This document shows, one piece after another, positions 1 to 8,925 of a stretch of 64,000 nt of DNA (within the stretch, counting starts at the first letter, position 1; every line of letters begins with the position of its first letter). This stretch comes from Paracoccus sp. (in: a-proteobacteria) (lineage in GTDB: Bacteria > Pseudomonadota > Alphaproteobacteria > Rhodobacterales > Rhodobacteraceae): positions 616 to 64,615 of the forward strand of contig NZ_DALZMB010000008.1 in NCBI RefSeq assembly GCF_032007265.1. Reading direction: 5' to 3'. Below the pieces are notes generated by a model. It did no database searches and had not been told where the DNA came from. It saw only the letters and a list, made by a program, of their open reading frames with translations. The position numbers and the translations under genes were made by a program.

Positions 1-116
1 CCGCCCGGAGTGATCCAAAACGAGCGGCCTTCCAGGCTGAGGCGCATCAGCAAGACCTCGTTTTGCGGCGTGAGCAGGATCGCCCGCACCGAATGCCGCG
101 GGGTTATCCGCTCCAT
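1..116 (-). CDS. NUDIX-family hydrolase, N-terminal fragment (gene runs off the left edge)
   Basis: My own translation from ATG at 116-114, with an AAGGAA SD just upstream, gives MERITPRHSVRAILLTPQNEVLLMRLSLEGRSFWITPGG. This looks like the first strand and W-x-x-PGG lead-in of a Nudix fold. It is absent from the ORF track because the window truncates it. Confidence 0.5.
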   Translation of the reverse strand, partial: MERITPRHSVRAILLTPQNEVLLMRLSLEGRSFWITPG

Positions 117-132
117 CTTGTGGTTCCTTTAC

Positions 133-165
133 AAAAAACCCGCCGTTGTCCCAACAACGGCGGGT
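133..165 (-). terminator. Rho-independent terminator downstream of the CAP-domain gene
   Basis: An 11-bp GC hairpin ACCCGCCGTTG/CAACGGCGGGT (138-165) is followed on the minus strand by a T6 run (plus-strand A-run 133-138). It lies 27 nt past the stop at 192. Confidence 0.7.
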
Positions 166-191
166 CGCATCCCTTTTGGGGAAATTCGTGC

Positions 192-707
192 TTAGCGGCC
201 GGTCAGCATGACCCACCAGATTTTGCCGCCCGGCTCTTGGTACCAACCAAGACCAAGCTGGCTGGCTTGGGGGTCCATGATGTTGTCGCGGGTATCGCGC
301 GACTGCATCCAGGCGCCCAGCGTCGCGATGTCATTCTCATAGGTTTCCGAGATATTCTCGCCGACGAGATGGCCCATATAGCCCTGACGCTGAATCCGGT
401 CGAGGGGCGAGGATCCGTCCGAGCCAAAATGCCACGCGCGGTTTTGCGCGGACATGTCGCGCGCATGCGCAACGGCTGCTGCATCCAGCTGCGGGTTCTG
501 CATCATCGGCACCGCACCCTGCGTACTGCGCAGCGTGTTGACCTGACCCAGAATGCGGCTTGGGATGGCGTTCGCCTCGCGCGGGGTGATCGTATAGGCA
601 ACGGGCAGCGGCTTGCCGTCCGGCCCCAGCTGCGGCTGTCCGCCCATCGGCTGACATGCAGCCAAAGCGAGGGCTGAAAAAACCGCCAGAATTCGAAGAT
701 TCAGCAT
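192..707 (-). CDS. CAP/SCP (PR-1-like) domain lipoprotein
   Basis: ORF 192..812 trimmed to the internal ATG at 707. That start gives the signal MLNLRILAVFSALALAAC with lipobox LAAC. The C-terminal half has the bacterial CAP pattern (HARDMS...WHFGSDGSSPLDR...GENISE...W..S..TRDNI...LGLGW). Confidence 0.8.
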   Translation of the reverse strand: MLNLRILAVFSALALAACQPMGGQPQLGPDGKPLPVAYTITPREANAIPSRILGQVNTLRSTQGAVPMMQNPQLDAAAVAHARDMSAQNRAWHFGSDGSSPLDRIQRQGYMGHLVGENISETYENDIATLGAWMQSRDTRDNIMDPQASQLGLGWYQEPGGKIWWVMLTGR

Positions 708-929
708 GGAAACTGTCCCTGATTTTACTTTGCCCCAGCCATAGCGAAGCGGCCCGCACCATTCAAACCAAAGATTGCGTGAAGGCCACACAGCGTAACA
801 ACCATGTGGCAATGACGCCAGTTTGAATTGCGCGACTCGCGCGGCGGCCCTAAAGGCAAGGTAGAATTCTTAGGCAACCATCGCGCAAGAAGGCCGCGCT
901 ACACGGCCCAAAGTTAGCAGGAGCGAAAC

Positions 930-1595
930 ATGTCCTCTCCCAACCGGCCGACGCTGTCGCGTCGGAATTTTCTGACCTCGGCGGTGGCCGTTGGTGCTGC
1001 TGGTGGCCTTGCTGCCCCAGCTTTTGCGCAGGCGGTTGACGCCTATACCGGTCAGGTGCTGCAAACGGTCGGCCCAACCGGTGCCACGCCGGATGCGGGC
1101 ATGGTGCAATATGACGCGAATCAGGATTCGCGCCGTAACACCTCGAGCTTCCACATGCAGGATTGGCAGCCCTATTTCAACAATCTGACCAATGGCGCCA
1201 TCCTGGTCGATCTGAACTCGCGCGCGTTGCATTTCTGGGGCGAGGACGGTCAGACCTACAAGCTGTTCCCGACCTCGGTTCCCGTCAGCCCCGAGCTGAC
1301 CCGGACCGGCCGGACCGAGATCATCAAGAAGGTCGAGGGCCCAAGCTGGGCGCCCACCCCTTCGATGCGCGAGCGCAACCCGGAATGGCCGGCATTCGTT
1401 CCGCCGGGCGACCCCCTCAACCCGATGGGCACCCATGCTTTGTGGCTTAGCTGGCAGTATTACCGCATCCACGGCACGCATGACACGCGCAAGATCGGCC
1501 GCAAATCCTCGAACGGCTGCATCGGCATGTATAACGAGCATATCAAGCAGATGTACGATCTGACCAAAGTCGGCACGCAGGTCATGATCATTTAA
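930..1595 (+). CDS. L,D-transpeptidase (YkuD domain), Tat-type signal
   Basis: Twin-arginine signal SRRNFLTSAVAVGAAGGLAAPAFA. YkuD catalytic motif HGTHDTRKIGRKSSNGCIGM (His ... SxGC). Confidence 0.85.
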   Translation: MSSPNRPTLSRRNFLTSAVAVGAAGGLAAPAFAQAVDAYTGQVLQTVGPTGATPDAGMVQYDANQDSRRNTSSFHMQDWQPYFNNLTNGAILVDLNSRALHFWGEDGQTYKLFPTSVPVSPELTRTGRTEIIKKVEGPSWAPTPSMRERNPEWPAFVPPGDPLNPMGTHALWLSWQYYRIHGTHDTRKIGRKSSNGCIGMYNEHIKQMYDLTKVGTQVMII

Positions 1596-1611
1596 GCTGA
1601 TCTGACGGCGT

Positions 1612-1649
1612 AAATAAGAAAGGCCCCCAATTGGGGGCCTTTTTCTTTT
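1612..1649. terminator. Bidirectional terminator between the ldt gene and hemH
   Basis: Hairpin AGGCCCCC-AATT-GGGGGCCT (1621-1640) is flanked by an A-rich run upstream and TTTTTCTTTT downstream. It sits between convergent genes. Confidence 0.75.
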
Positions 1650-1691
1650 GTCATTGTCCTTTGGGGCGTGATCTGCCCCGGCTAGCTGGCC

Positions 1692-2726
1692 CTATAGCCA
1701 GCCCCCTAAGTTCTCACCGATCAGCGTCGCCAGCATATCAATATGCGCCGGATCATCGTTGAGGCAGGGGATATAGGTAAAGGTCTTACCCCCGGCGTGA
1801 ACAAAGGCCTCTTGGATCTCGCCCTGAATCTCTTCAAGCGTTTCGACGCAATCGGCGGCAAAGGCCGGTGACATGATCGCAATATCGGTGATGCCCTGTT
1901 TGGCAAGCTCGGCGACATGCTCGACCGTATAGGGCCGCAGCCATTCCTCGGTACCGAAGACCGATTGGAAGGTGGTGTCAATGATGCCATCTGCCCAGCC
2001 CAGCCGCTCTTTCAGCAACCGCGAAGTTTTTTGACATTGGCAGTGATAGGGGTCGCCCTCCATCAAATAGCGTTTGGGCATGCCGTGATAGCTGACGACC
2101 AGCTTGCGCGGCACCTGCCCGCCCAGCTTGCGCTCGACCGATTGCGCCAATGCGTCGATATATTCGGGACGGTCGAAATAGGCCGCAACCGTGCGCGCGG
2201 CGGGCTGCCATTTCTGCGTCATCAGCGCGCGGAAGAACTGGTCATTGGCCGTGGCCGAGGTCGCCCCCGCATATTGCGGATAAAGCGGCAGGAACAGGAT
2301 CTTGTCGCAGCCCGCCTTGACCATGCGATCCACCACATCCGGCGTCGAGGGATTGCCGTATCGCATACAGAAATCAACCATGACACGATCACCCCAAAGT
2401 GCCTCGGCCCGCACCTTCAATGCGGCAAGCTGGGCCTTGGTGATGGTCATCATCGGGCTTTCATTGGCCTCGTTGTTCCAGATCGAGCGGTAGTTGGCCC
2501 CCGAGGTAAAGGGGCGCTTTGTCAAAATGATGCCCTGCAACAGCGGCTGCCACTTCCATGCCGGATAGTCGATGACGCGCTTGTCGGACAGAAACTCGCT
2601 TAGATAGCGGCGCATGGACCAGTAATCCGTGGCATCTGGTGTGCCCAGATTGGCGATCAGCACGCCTATGCGCGGCTTGGCAATGGCGGGATGGTCGGCC
2701 GGGGCTTGTGCTGGGATCTTGCTCAT
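1692..2726 (-). CDS. hemH: Ferrochelatase
   Basis: Full-length ferrochelatase-like sequence (RIGVLIANLGTPD..., LPLYPQYAGATS, VSYHGMP). Its start overlaps the stop of the upstream methyltransferase by 4 nt. Confidence 0.95.
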   Translation of the reverse strand: MSKIPAQAPADHPAIAKPRIGVLIANLGTPDATDYWSMRRYLSEFLSDKRVIDYPAWKWQPLLQGIILTKRPFTSGANYRSIWNNEANESPMMTITKAQLAALKVRAEALWGDRVMVDFCMRYGNPSTPDVVDRMVKAGCDKILFLPLYPQYAGATSATANDQFFRALMTQKWQPAARTVAAYFDRPEYIDALAQSVERKLGGQVPRKLVVSYHGMPKRYLMEGDPYHCQCQKTSRLLKERLGWADGIIDTTFQSVFGTEEWLRPYTVEHVAELAKQGITDIAIMSPAFAADCVETLEEIQGEIQEAFVHAGGKTFTYIPCLNDDPAHIDMLATLIGENLGGWL

Positions 2727-3574
2727 TCTTCTTTCCTCTTGCTGGCCAGTGCCTCGGCCAACGACATACGTGCCGAGCCGGGCTTCAATGGCTGCTGCTG
2801 GTTATCTGCGGGCGCCCATCCGGTCAGGAACACCAGATCAAAGGTAGCTAGCACCCGCGCAGGATCGGCGGGGTCGGCATGATCTTTAGCGTATATCTCG
2901 GCCGCCCGCATCAGGACATCTCGCCGCGTTGGATGGCGCAGCCTTCCGGCCAAGGCATTCGTTTCCCCCATCCCGCGCAAATCAGCGCCAAGGTGAAACA
3001 ACCCCCGGTAGCTGACACGTTGATGCAGCTGGTCGGCAACCGGCAAGGCCAGACCAGCCCGGCCAAGCAACGCGCCAAGATCGCGAATCTCGCCCATGGG
3101 CAAGACCCGAGGCGACAGCCCCGAGGTCACCTCGACCTCGGCACGCGTCAGGCTGTCGCGCAACTCGCCAAGCGTTTCACCGCCCAGACAAGCCACCAAC
3201 AACAGCCCGTCCGGCCTAAGCGCGCGCGCAGATTGAATCATCTGCCCGACCGGATCATCGGCCCAATGCAGCGCCAATACATGGATCACCAGGTCAAAAG
3301 CGCCCGCCTCAAGCGCCAAAGTCTCATTATCTGGGACCACCTGGGCATCGGGCATCGCCGCCTGCCAGAATTGCGGGAATCCGGTGACAATCGCGACGTC
3401 GCTAAACGGCTTGTTAATATCTGCAAGTCTATCCTGAATCTCGTCGAGGGCGATTCGATGCAGGAAATCAACCGGCTCGCCGGACCACGCGCGCGCGCGG
3501 TGTTGCACCAGCGCCTTGCGGTCGGTCAGGCAATGGGACGGATGTGGCGGGGGGGATGGCGAACGCGAATTCAT
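2723..3574 (-). CDS. Class I SAM-dependent methyltransferase
   Basis: 283-aa ORF with a methyltransferase-like core (FDLVIHVLALHWADDPVGQMIQSARALRPDGLLLV). The first 15 aa are Pro/Ser-rich. The conserved-looking LTDRKALVQHRARA begins at a CTG, so ATG 3574 is the only standard start. Confidence 0.75.
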   Translation of the reverse strand: MNSRSPSPPPHPSHCLTDRKALVQHRARAWSGEPVDFLHRIALDEIQDRLADINKPFSDVAIVTGFPQFWQAAMPDAQVVPDNETLALEAGAFDLVIHVLALHWADDPVGQMIQSARALRPDGLLLVACLGGETLGELRDSLTRAEVEVTSGLSPRVLPMGEIRDLGALLGRAGLALPVADQLHQRVSYRGLFHLGADLRGMGETNALAGRLRHPTRRDVLMRAAEIYAKDHADPADPARVLATFDLVFLTGWAPADNQQQPLKPGSARMSLAEALASKRKEE

Positions 3575-4343
3575 GGTGGCTTATCTTAATGGGCTGAAGG
3601 GCCTGATGAAAGGCACTTTACATCTGGTTTTTCCACCCCAATGCATGGGCTGTGGCGAAACGATCAGCAGTGATGGCGCGCTTTGCCCCAACTGCTGGCG
3701 CGAGACCGACTTTATCTCGGGTCTGGCCTGTACAGCCTGTGGCTGCCCCCTGCCGGGAGAGGCCCCAGATCCCGCCCGCGCATCCCAGCCAGATCCGGTT
3801 TATTGCGACGACTGCCTGCGCCAGCCCCGCCCCTGGGTGGGTGGGCGTGCCGCCGTGGTCTATAGCGGCGTCGGGCGAAATTTGTGTCTGATGCTCAAAC
3901 ACGGCGATCGGCTGGATCTTGCGCCTCATCTGGGTGATTGGCTGGCGCGGGCCGCGGCCCCGCTGATCGTCCCCGGGATGATCGTGACCGCCGTACCGAT
4001 CCATCTGCGCAGGCTGTTCAAGCGCAAATACAACCAGGCGTCACAGCTGTCTGCGCGGGTCGCCCGTGCCCATGCCCTGCCTCATCACCCTGACCTGCTA
4101 AAGCGCAGCCGTTATAGCCCACCCCAAGATCGCCGCGACGCGGCTGCGCGCTTTGCCAACCAAGCGGACAGCATCACCCTGCCGTCTCGGCATCTAGCTT
4201 TGCTCAAAGACCGCCCCGTTCTGGTCATCGACGATGTCATGTCCTCGGGGGCAACGCTGACGGCGGTCACGAATTGCCTGATCGCGGCGGGCGCAGGGCC
4301 AATTTCGGTTGCGGTTCTGGCGCGCGCCGTCAAGGACACCTAA
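3573..4343 (+). CDS. ComF-family protein (phosphoribosyltransferase domain with N-terminal zinc ribbon)
   Basis: Double Cys pairs (CMGCGE...CPNCW; CTACGCP...CDDC) and the PRTase motif VLVIDDVMSSGATL. The track ORF was trimmed to ATG 3573. An alternative ATG at 3606 (MKGTLHLVFPPQC) has its own GAAGGG SD. Confidence 0.85.
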   Translation: MVAYLNGLKGLMKGTLHLVFPPQCMGCGETISSDGALCPNCWRETDFISGLACTACGCPLPGEAPDPARASQPDPVYCDDCLRQPRPWVGGRAAVVYSGVGRNLCLMLKHGDRLDLAPHLGDWLARAAAPLIVPGMIVTAVPIHLRRLFKRKYNQASQLSARVARAHALPHHPDLLKRSRYSPPQDRRDAAARFANQADSITLPSRHLALLKDRPVLVIDDVMSSGATLTAVTNCLIAAGAGPISVAVLARAVKDT

Positions 4344-4400
4344 ATACCCATTCAAACCACTGCCTGCGCCGCCGATGCAGCAATCCCTTAAGGAGCCATT

Positions 4401-4658
4401 ATGGCCAAAGTCGAAATCTATCTGACCCCCACCTGCCCGTTTTGCACCCGCGCCAAGGCCCTATTGGTGAAAAAGGGCGTCCCGTTCGAGGAAATCAACG
4501 TTGCAGGCGACCCCGATTTGCGCGCTGCCATGACAGATCGCGCCAACGGCCGCTATACCGTGCCCCAGATCTTCATTGACGACAAACATATCGGCGGCAA
4601 CGACAACATCCAGGCTTTGGAAATGCGCGGTGAACTTGACGCGCTTTTGGGCCTGTAA
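4401..4658 (+). CDS. grxC: Glutaredoxin 3
   Basis: 85-aa thioredoxin-fold ORF with the CPFC active site and TVPQIFI..HIGG.DD. Confidence 0.95.
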   Translation: MAKVEIYLTPTCPFCTRAKALLVKKGVPFEEINVAGDPDLRAAMTDRANGRYTVPQIFIDDKHIGGNDNIQALEMRGELDALLGL

Positions 4659-4934
4659 CCGCCAGAATAACCGCCGCTAGCGCCCTTCCAGCGCGTCGTT
4701 TTGAGGTTGGGCCGTCGCCAATCTGGTCTGGGCCCGCCTTGCTGCGATATCCCCTATCCTACCTGCGACGCGCCAGTTTCGGCACCTCGCGTTAGCGGCC
4801 TTGCAAGAATGCGCGCGTCCGGGTCAACATACCGGCACGCGCGCTCTGCCTTCATTTGGCACCAGCTCGTGCAAGTTGGGCCGCACCTGCGCGCCCGGGA
4901 CACGGTGCAAAAAACTTGGTGCAAGGAACGGCTG

Positions 4935-5804
4935 ATGCTGCAAGACGAAACTTTTAAAGCCGGGCTGATCCAGCTTTGCGTGGGCGATGATCCGGCCGCA
5001 AATCTGCCCATCACCATCTCGTTTATCCGTGATGCCGCCGCGCGGGGCGCGCGCTTCGTGCTGACCCCCGAGGCGACCAATCTGCTTAGCCCGGATCGCA
5101 GCTGGAAAGAGCGCGTCATGCGCACCGAGGCCGAGGACCCCACCCTTGCGGCCTTGCGCGCTTTGGCCGCCGAGCTAGGGATCTGGCTATTGATCGGCTC
5201 GCTTTCGCTGCGCTCGGATGATCCTTCGGATCCGCGCTCAATCAACCGAAGCCTGATGATCGGGCCGGATGGCGCCATTCTGGCGCGCTACGACAAAATC
5301 CACATGTTCGACGTGACGATTTCAGAAAGCGAATCCTATCGCGAATCTGCCTCGTTCCGCCCCGGAGCACAGGCGGTGGTTGTACAAGGTCCGGCGGGGG
5401 CTACGGCGCCGATCGGCCTTTCGATCTGCTATGACGTGCGTTTTGCCTATCTTTACCGTCGTCTGGCCAAGGCCGGGGCACGGATTTTGACAGTTCCTGC
5501 CGCCTTCAACGACACGACGGGCGCCGCACATTGGGAGGTGCTTTTGCGCGCACGCGCCATCGAAACCGGCTCTTTCGTGCTGGCACCCGCGCAATGTGGG
5601 ACCCATGCGACGCCACATACGCCCGATGCGCCCGCGCGCCGGACCTGGGGACATTCGCTGGCGGTCGCTCCCTGGGGAGAGGTTTTGGCCGATGGCGGAA
5701 ACAACCCGGGCGCGACTGTTGTGGCCCTTGACCTTGGCGCAGCTGATAGGGCACGGTCCCGCGTCCCTTCCCTGACGCATGACCGCGATTTTACTGGCCC
5801 ATGA
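4935..5804 (+). CDS. Carbon-nitrogen hydrolase (nitrilase superfamily, Nit-like)
   Basis: Glu-Lys-Cys triad contexts VLTPEATN, YDKIHMFD and LSICYDVRF. Trimmed to ATG 4935 (MLQDETFKAGLIQL), because the upstream 78 codons of the track ORF have no coding character. Confidence 0.9.
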   Translation: MLQDETFKAGLIQLCVGDDPAANLPITISFIRDAAARGARFVLTPEATNLLSPDRSWKERVMRTEAEDPTLAALRALAAELGIWLLIGSLSLRSDDPSDPRSINRSLMIGPDGAILARYDKIHMFDVTISESESYRESASFRPGAQAVVVQGPAGATAPIGLSICYDVRFAYLYRRLAKAGARILTVPAAFNDTTGAAHWEVLLRARAIETGSFVLAPAQCGTHATPHTPDAPARRTWGHSLAVAPWGEVLADGGNNPGATVVALDLGAADRARSRVPSLTHDRDFTGP

Positions 5805-6298
5805 CCAATACAACCGACAGCCCTCCGCGTATCACCTCGGCGAGCGCCGCTTCGACAGATGCATTGGCCGCAAGCCTGTTTTCCGAGGTATTCATTGCCG
5901 ACCAGCTTGCCCGTGAACTGGTCAGCCGTGCCTTGCCCGGCGGGATGCGTATTTCGCATTTTTCGGTGCTGAACCTTTTGGCCCATCTCAATGTCGAGCG
6001 CACCCCAGCCGAACTGGCCGAGGCGTTCCACGTCACCCGCGGCGCGATGACCAATACTTTGTCCAAGCTGGAATGGGCGGGGCATATCCATATCCGCCCC
6101 GATTGGGATGATGCCCGCCGCAAGTTCGTGGGCATCAGCCCGGCAGGTCGCGCCGCACGAGATGCTGCATTGGCCTCTTTGATGCCCCAGATCGCCGAGG
6201 TCGTGCGCGACGTGGGTGCAGATCAGATCCGCACCACGCTTCCTGTGCTCAGGATGCTGCGCAAGCGCTTGGAAGAAACCGACAAATCAGGCAGCTAA
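5801..6298 (+). CDS. MarR-family transcriptional regulator
   Basis: Winged-HTH region ISHFSVLNLLAH...TPAELAEAFHVTRGAMTNTLSKLEWAGHIHIRPDWDDARRKFV. ATGA overlap with the nitrilase stop. Confidence 0.85.
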   Translation: MTNTTDSPPRITSASAASTDALAASLFSEVFIADQLARELVSRALPGGMRISHFSVLNLLAHLNVERTPAELAEAFHVTRGAMTNTLSKLEWAGHIHIRPDWDDARRKFVGISPAGRAARDAALASLMPQIAEVVRDVGADQIRTTLPVLRMLRKRLEETDKSGS

Positions 6299-6342
6299 GC
6301 CCCTAAGCCAAGGAATGGCGCGCCACCTGCGCGCCGATTTTC

Positions 6343-7095
6343 TTAGCCGTGCCGCAAGGCGGTCATGGCGTAATTGACCGACAGATCGCGCGGCGACAGC
6401 GACCAGCTCCAGCCCAAGGGATTAAAGACCATCCCCATGCGATCGGCGACCAGAAAGCCCGCGCCGCCGGCCATCGCACTTAGCTCATCTGGCGTGATGA
6501 AACGGCGCCAGTCATGGGTGCCTTTGGGCAACCAGCGCATCACCCATTCCGCCCCCAAGATTGCCACGGCAAAGCTTTTGGCGGTGCGGTTCAGCGTCGA
6601 GATGACGGACAGACCGCCCGGACGCAGCAAATCATGGCAGGTCTGCACAAAGGCGGCCGGATCGGCAACATGTTCGACGATCTCCAGCGCGACGACGACA
6701 TCGAACTGACGTCCCTCGCTGGCCAGGCTCTCGGCGGTGACGTTGAGATATTCGATCTCAAGGCCCTGCTCTTGTGCATGCAGGGATGCGACGGCGATAT
6801 TGCCCGGCGCGGCATCCGCGCCCGTCACCTTGGCACCCAAGCGCGCCAGGGGCTCCGAGATCAGCCCACCGCCGCAGCCGATATCCAGAATGCGCAGCCC
6901 CGCGAAGGGCTGATCCGCGCGCAGGTCCAGCGAAAACTCGGCGGCAATCTGGGTCACGACATAGTCCAGCCGGGTCGGGTTGAGCATGTGCAGCGGTTTG
7001 AACTTGCCGTTGGGGTCCCACCAGTCACGGGCCATTGCCTGAAACTTGGCGACCTCGGCGGGGTCGATGCTGCTTTGATATTGGGGCGATGTCAT
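6343..7095 (-). CDS. ubiG: Ubiquinone biosynthesis O-methyltransferase
   Basis: N-terminal IDPAEVAKF...[19 protein letters not shown] and SAM motif [20 protein letters not shown]. The 555-aa track ORF was trimmed to ATG 7095 (250 aa). Confidence 0.95.
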   Translation of the reverse strand: MTSPQYQSSIDPAEVAKFQAMARDWWDPNGKFKPLHMLNPTRLDYVVTQIAAEFSLDLRADQPFAGLRILDIGCGGGLISEPLARLGAKVTGADAAPGNIAVASLHAQEQGLEIEYLNVTAESLASEGRQFDVVVALEIVEHVADPAAFVQTCHDLLRPGGLSVISTLNRTAKSFAVAILGAEWVMRWLPKGTHDWRRFITPDELSAMAGGAGFLVADRMGMVFNPLGWSWSLSPRDLSVNYAMTALRHG

Positions 7096-7146
7096 CTTGC
7101 CGTCCTTGCTGTGGCGGGCGCGCGCAAGGCATTGTATAGTCACCTC

Positions 7147-8115
7147 ATGGACAGATTGGCAGGGCAAATCGGCGGCTATCCGTCGCATGGCAGGCTTCAT
7201 CCGCAGGTCGACCCTTACGACCAGCGCGTGATTGATGTGGGCGATGGTCATCAGATCTACGTCGAGCAATGTGGCAATCCCGATGGGCCTGCGGTCATCG
7301 TGCTGCATGGTGGGCCGGGCGGTGGTTGCAGCCCGTTCATGCGCCGCTTTTTTGACCCCAATCATTACCGCTGCATCCTTTTCGATCAGCGTGGCTGCGG
7401 ACGTTCGCGCCCTCGTGCCCGCGTCGAGGCCAACACCACCGAGCACCTGATCGCAGACATCCAGACCATCCGCGCCACATTGGGAATTGGCCCGGCTGTT
7501 CTGTTTGGTGGCAGCTGGGGGGCAACGCTGGCGCTTGCCTATGCTCAGGCCCACCCCGAGGCGGTGACGGCTCTTGTGCTGCGCGGCGTCTTTTTGGGCA
7601 TGAAACGAGAGCTGGATTGGTTCTACCGGGGCGGCGCCGCGCGCTTTTTCCCGGATCGTTGGGCGCATTTTCTGGCCCCCATTCCCGAAAGCGAGCATGC
7701 CGATCCGATCGCGGCCTATCATCAGCGCCTGTTTTGCGGCGATCTGACCCGCGAGATTCGCTTTTCCCTGCCCTGGATCAACTGGGAAAATGCTTTGGCG
7801 GGCTTGGAAATCACCAGTTCGGGCCATGCACCGCCCGATTACGCCCGCACTTTTGCCCGCCTGGAGAGCCATTATTTCTTCAACAACTGCTTTCTTGCCG
7901 AGGGTCAGCTTCTGCGCAATCTGCACCGCATCGCTCATTTGCCGGCCGTAATCGTGCAGGGGCGCTATGACATGGTCTGCCCGCCCCAAAGCGCCTATGA
8001 GCTTGCGCAAAACTGGCCCGGTTGCGATTTGCGGCTGGTTCCGGCATCAGGGCACGCCCTGTCCGAGCCGCGAATCACCGCCGAACTGGTGCGTGTCATG
8101 GATGCCATGCGCTAG
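7147..8115 (+). CDS. pip: Prolyl aminopeptidase (proline iminopeptidase)
   Basis: Alpha/beta-hydrolase with HGGPGGG and nucleophile elbow [10 protein letters not shown]. The 533-aa track ORF was trimmed to ATG 7147 (322 aa). Confidence 0.9.
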   Translation: MDRLAGQIGGYPSHGRLHPQVDPYDQRVIDVGDGHQIYVEQCGNPDGPAVIVLHGGPGGGCSPFMRRFFDPNHYRCILFDQRGCGRSRPRARVEANTTEHLIADIQTIRATLGIGPAVLFGGSWGATLALAYAQAHPEAVTALVLRGVFLGMKRELDWFYRGGAARFFPDRWAHFLAPIPESEHADPIAAYHQRLFCGDLTREIRFSLPWINWENALAGLEITSSGHAPPDYARTFARLESHYFFNNCFLAEGQLLRNLHRIAHLPAVIVQGRYDMVCPPQSAYELAQNWPGCDLRLVPASGHALSEPRITAELVRVMDAMR

Positions 8116-8290
8116 CTTGCTGCGCAGTTCGCGCCGTGCGGAACCGCAGATCCGCCGGGGCCGATAACTCTGGCTTGCGACGGGTTTTTCTTGGCCTGCA
8201 CCACGGCAGCCTTGCGCCAGCAGGCCAGTTGCGCTATATGCTAGCCAACAGCGGCGCAGGCTTCCACCCCCTGCCCATCCCAAAATTCGC

Positions 8291-8312
8291 ACGGGCCGCT
8301 CGGCCCGTTTTT
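8291..8312 (+). promoter_or_regulatory. Terminator-like hairpin in the rimP leader (possible attenuator)
   Basis: ACGGGCCG..CGGCCCGT stem followed by TTTTTC. It ends about 17 nt before the rimP ATG, immediately upstream of its GGAGA SD. Confidence 0.4.
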
Positions 8313-8328
8313 CGTATTTGGAGACCAT

Positions 8329-8922
8329 ATGAGCAACCTCGTTGCCAAGACGGCTATCGACCGGCGTTTGGCTGACATCATTCAGCCGGTGATCGAGGAT
8401 CTGGGTTTCGAGCTGGTTCGAGTTCGCCTGCAAGGTGGCAAGACCGCGACGCTCCAGATCATGGCGGACCGTCCCGAAGGCGGTATCAACGTCGACGATT
8501 GCGCCGTTATTTCCACGGCAATCAGCGCGACGCTGGATGTCGAAGACCCGTTGGAAGACGCCTATCATCTGGAAGTATCCAGCCCGGGCATTGACCGCCC
8601 GCTGACTCGCCTCAAGGATTTCGAAACCTTCGAAGGCTATGAGATCCGGCTGGAAACGAATCAGGCCATCGATGGCCGCAAGCGCTTTAAGGGCATGCTT
8701 GCCGGAATCGAGGGCGATGAAGTTCTGATCAATGTCGAAGAAGGCACGATCGGGCTGAACTTCGACTGGCTCAGCGATGCCAAGCTCGTTCTGACCGAAG
8801 AGCTGATCGCCGAAATGCTGCGTCAGAAAAAAGAAGCGGGCATCGAGATCGATAATCTTGACGAAGATGCTTTCGACGAAATCGAAACCGATCCCGGCGA
8901 AGCCGGCGACTCGAAGGAGTGA
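8329..8922 (+). CDS. rimP: Ribosome maturation factor RimP
   Basis: Typical RimP N-terminus ([18 protein letters not shown]) and its position directly upstream of nusA. Confidence 0.95.
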   Translation: MSNLVAKTAIDRRLADIIQPVIEDLGFELVRVRLQGGKTATLQIMADRPEGGINVDDCAVISTAISATLDVEDPLEDAYHLEVSSPGIDRPLTRLKDFETFEGYEIRLETNQAIDGRKRFKGMLAGIEGDEVLINVEEGTIGLNFDWLSDAKLVLTEELIAEMLRQKKEAGIEIDNLDEDAFDEIETDPGEAGDSKE

Positions 8923-8925
8923 GCA

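Noticed and set aside
4857-4873. Sigma-54-like TGGCAC-N-TGC element upstream of the nitrilase-family gene
   Set aside because: The GG-to-GC spacing is off by one from the TGGCAC-N5-TTGC consensus, the TTGC is replaced by GTGC, and no rpoN is evident in the usual locus.
6343-8115. Two mutually overlapping long ORFs (555 aa minus strand, 533 aa plus strand) suggesting very large proteins
   Set aside because: Only the 3' portions carry homology: UbiG from ATG 7095 and Pip from ATG 7147. The 5' extensions run antisense through each other's gene and have no coding features. Both were trimmed.
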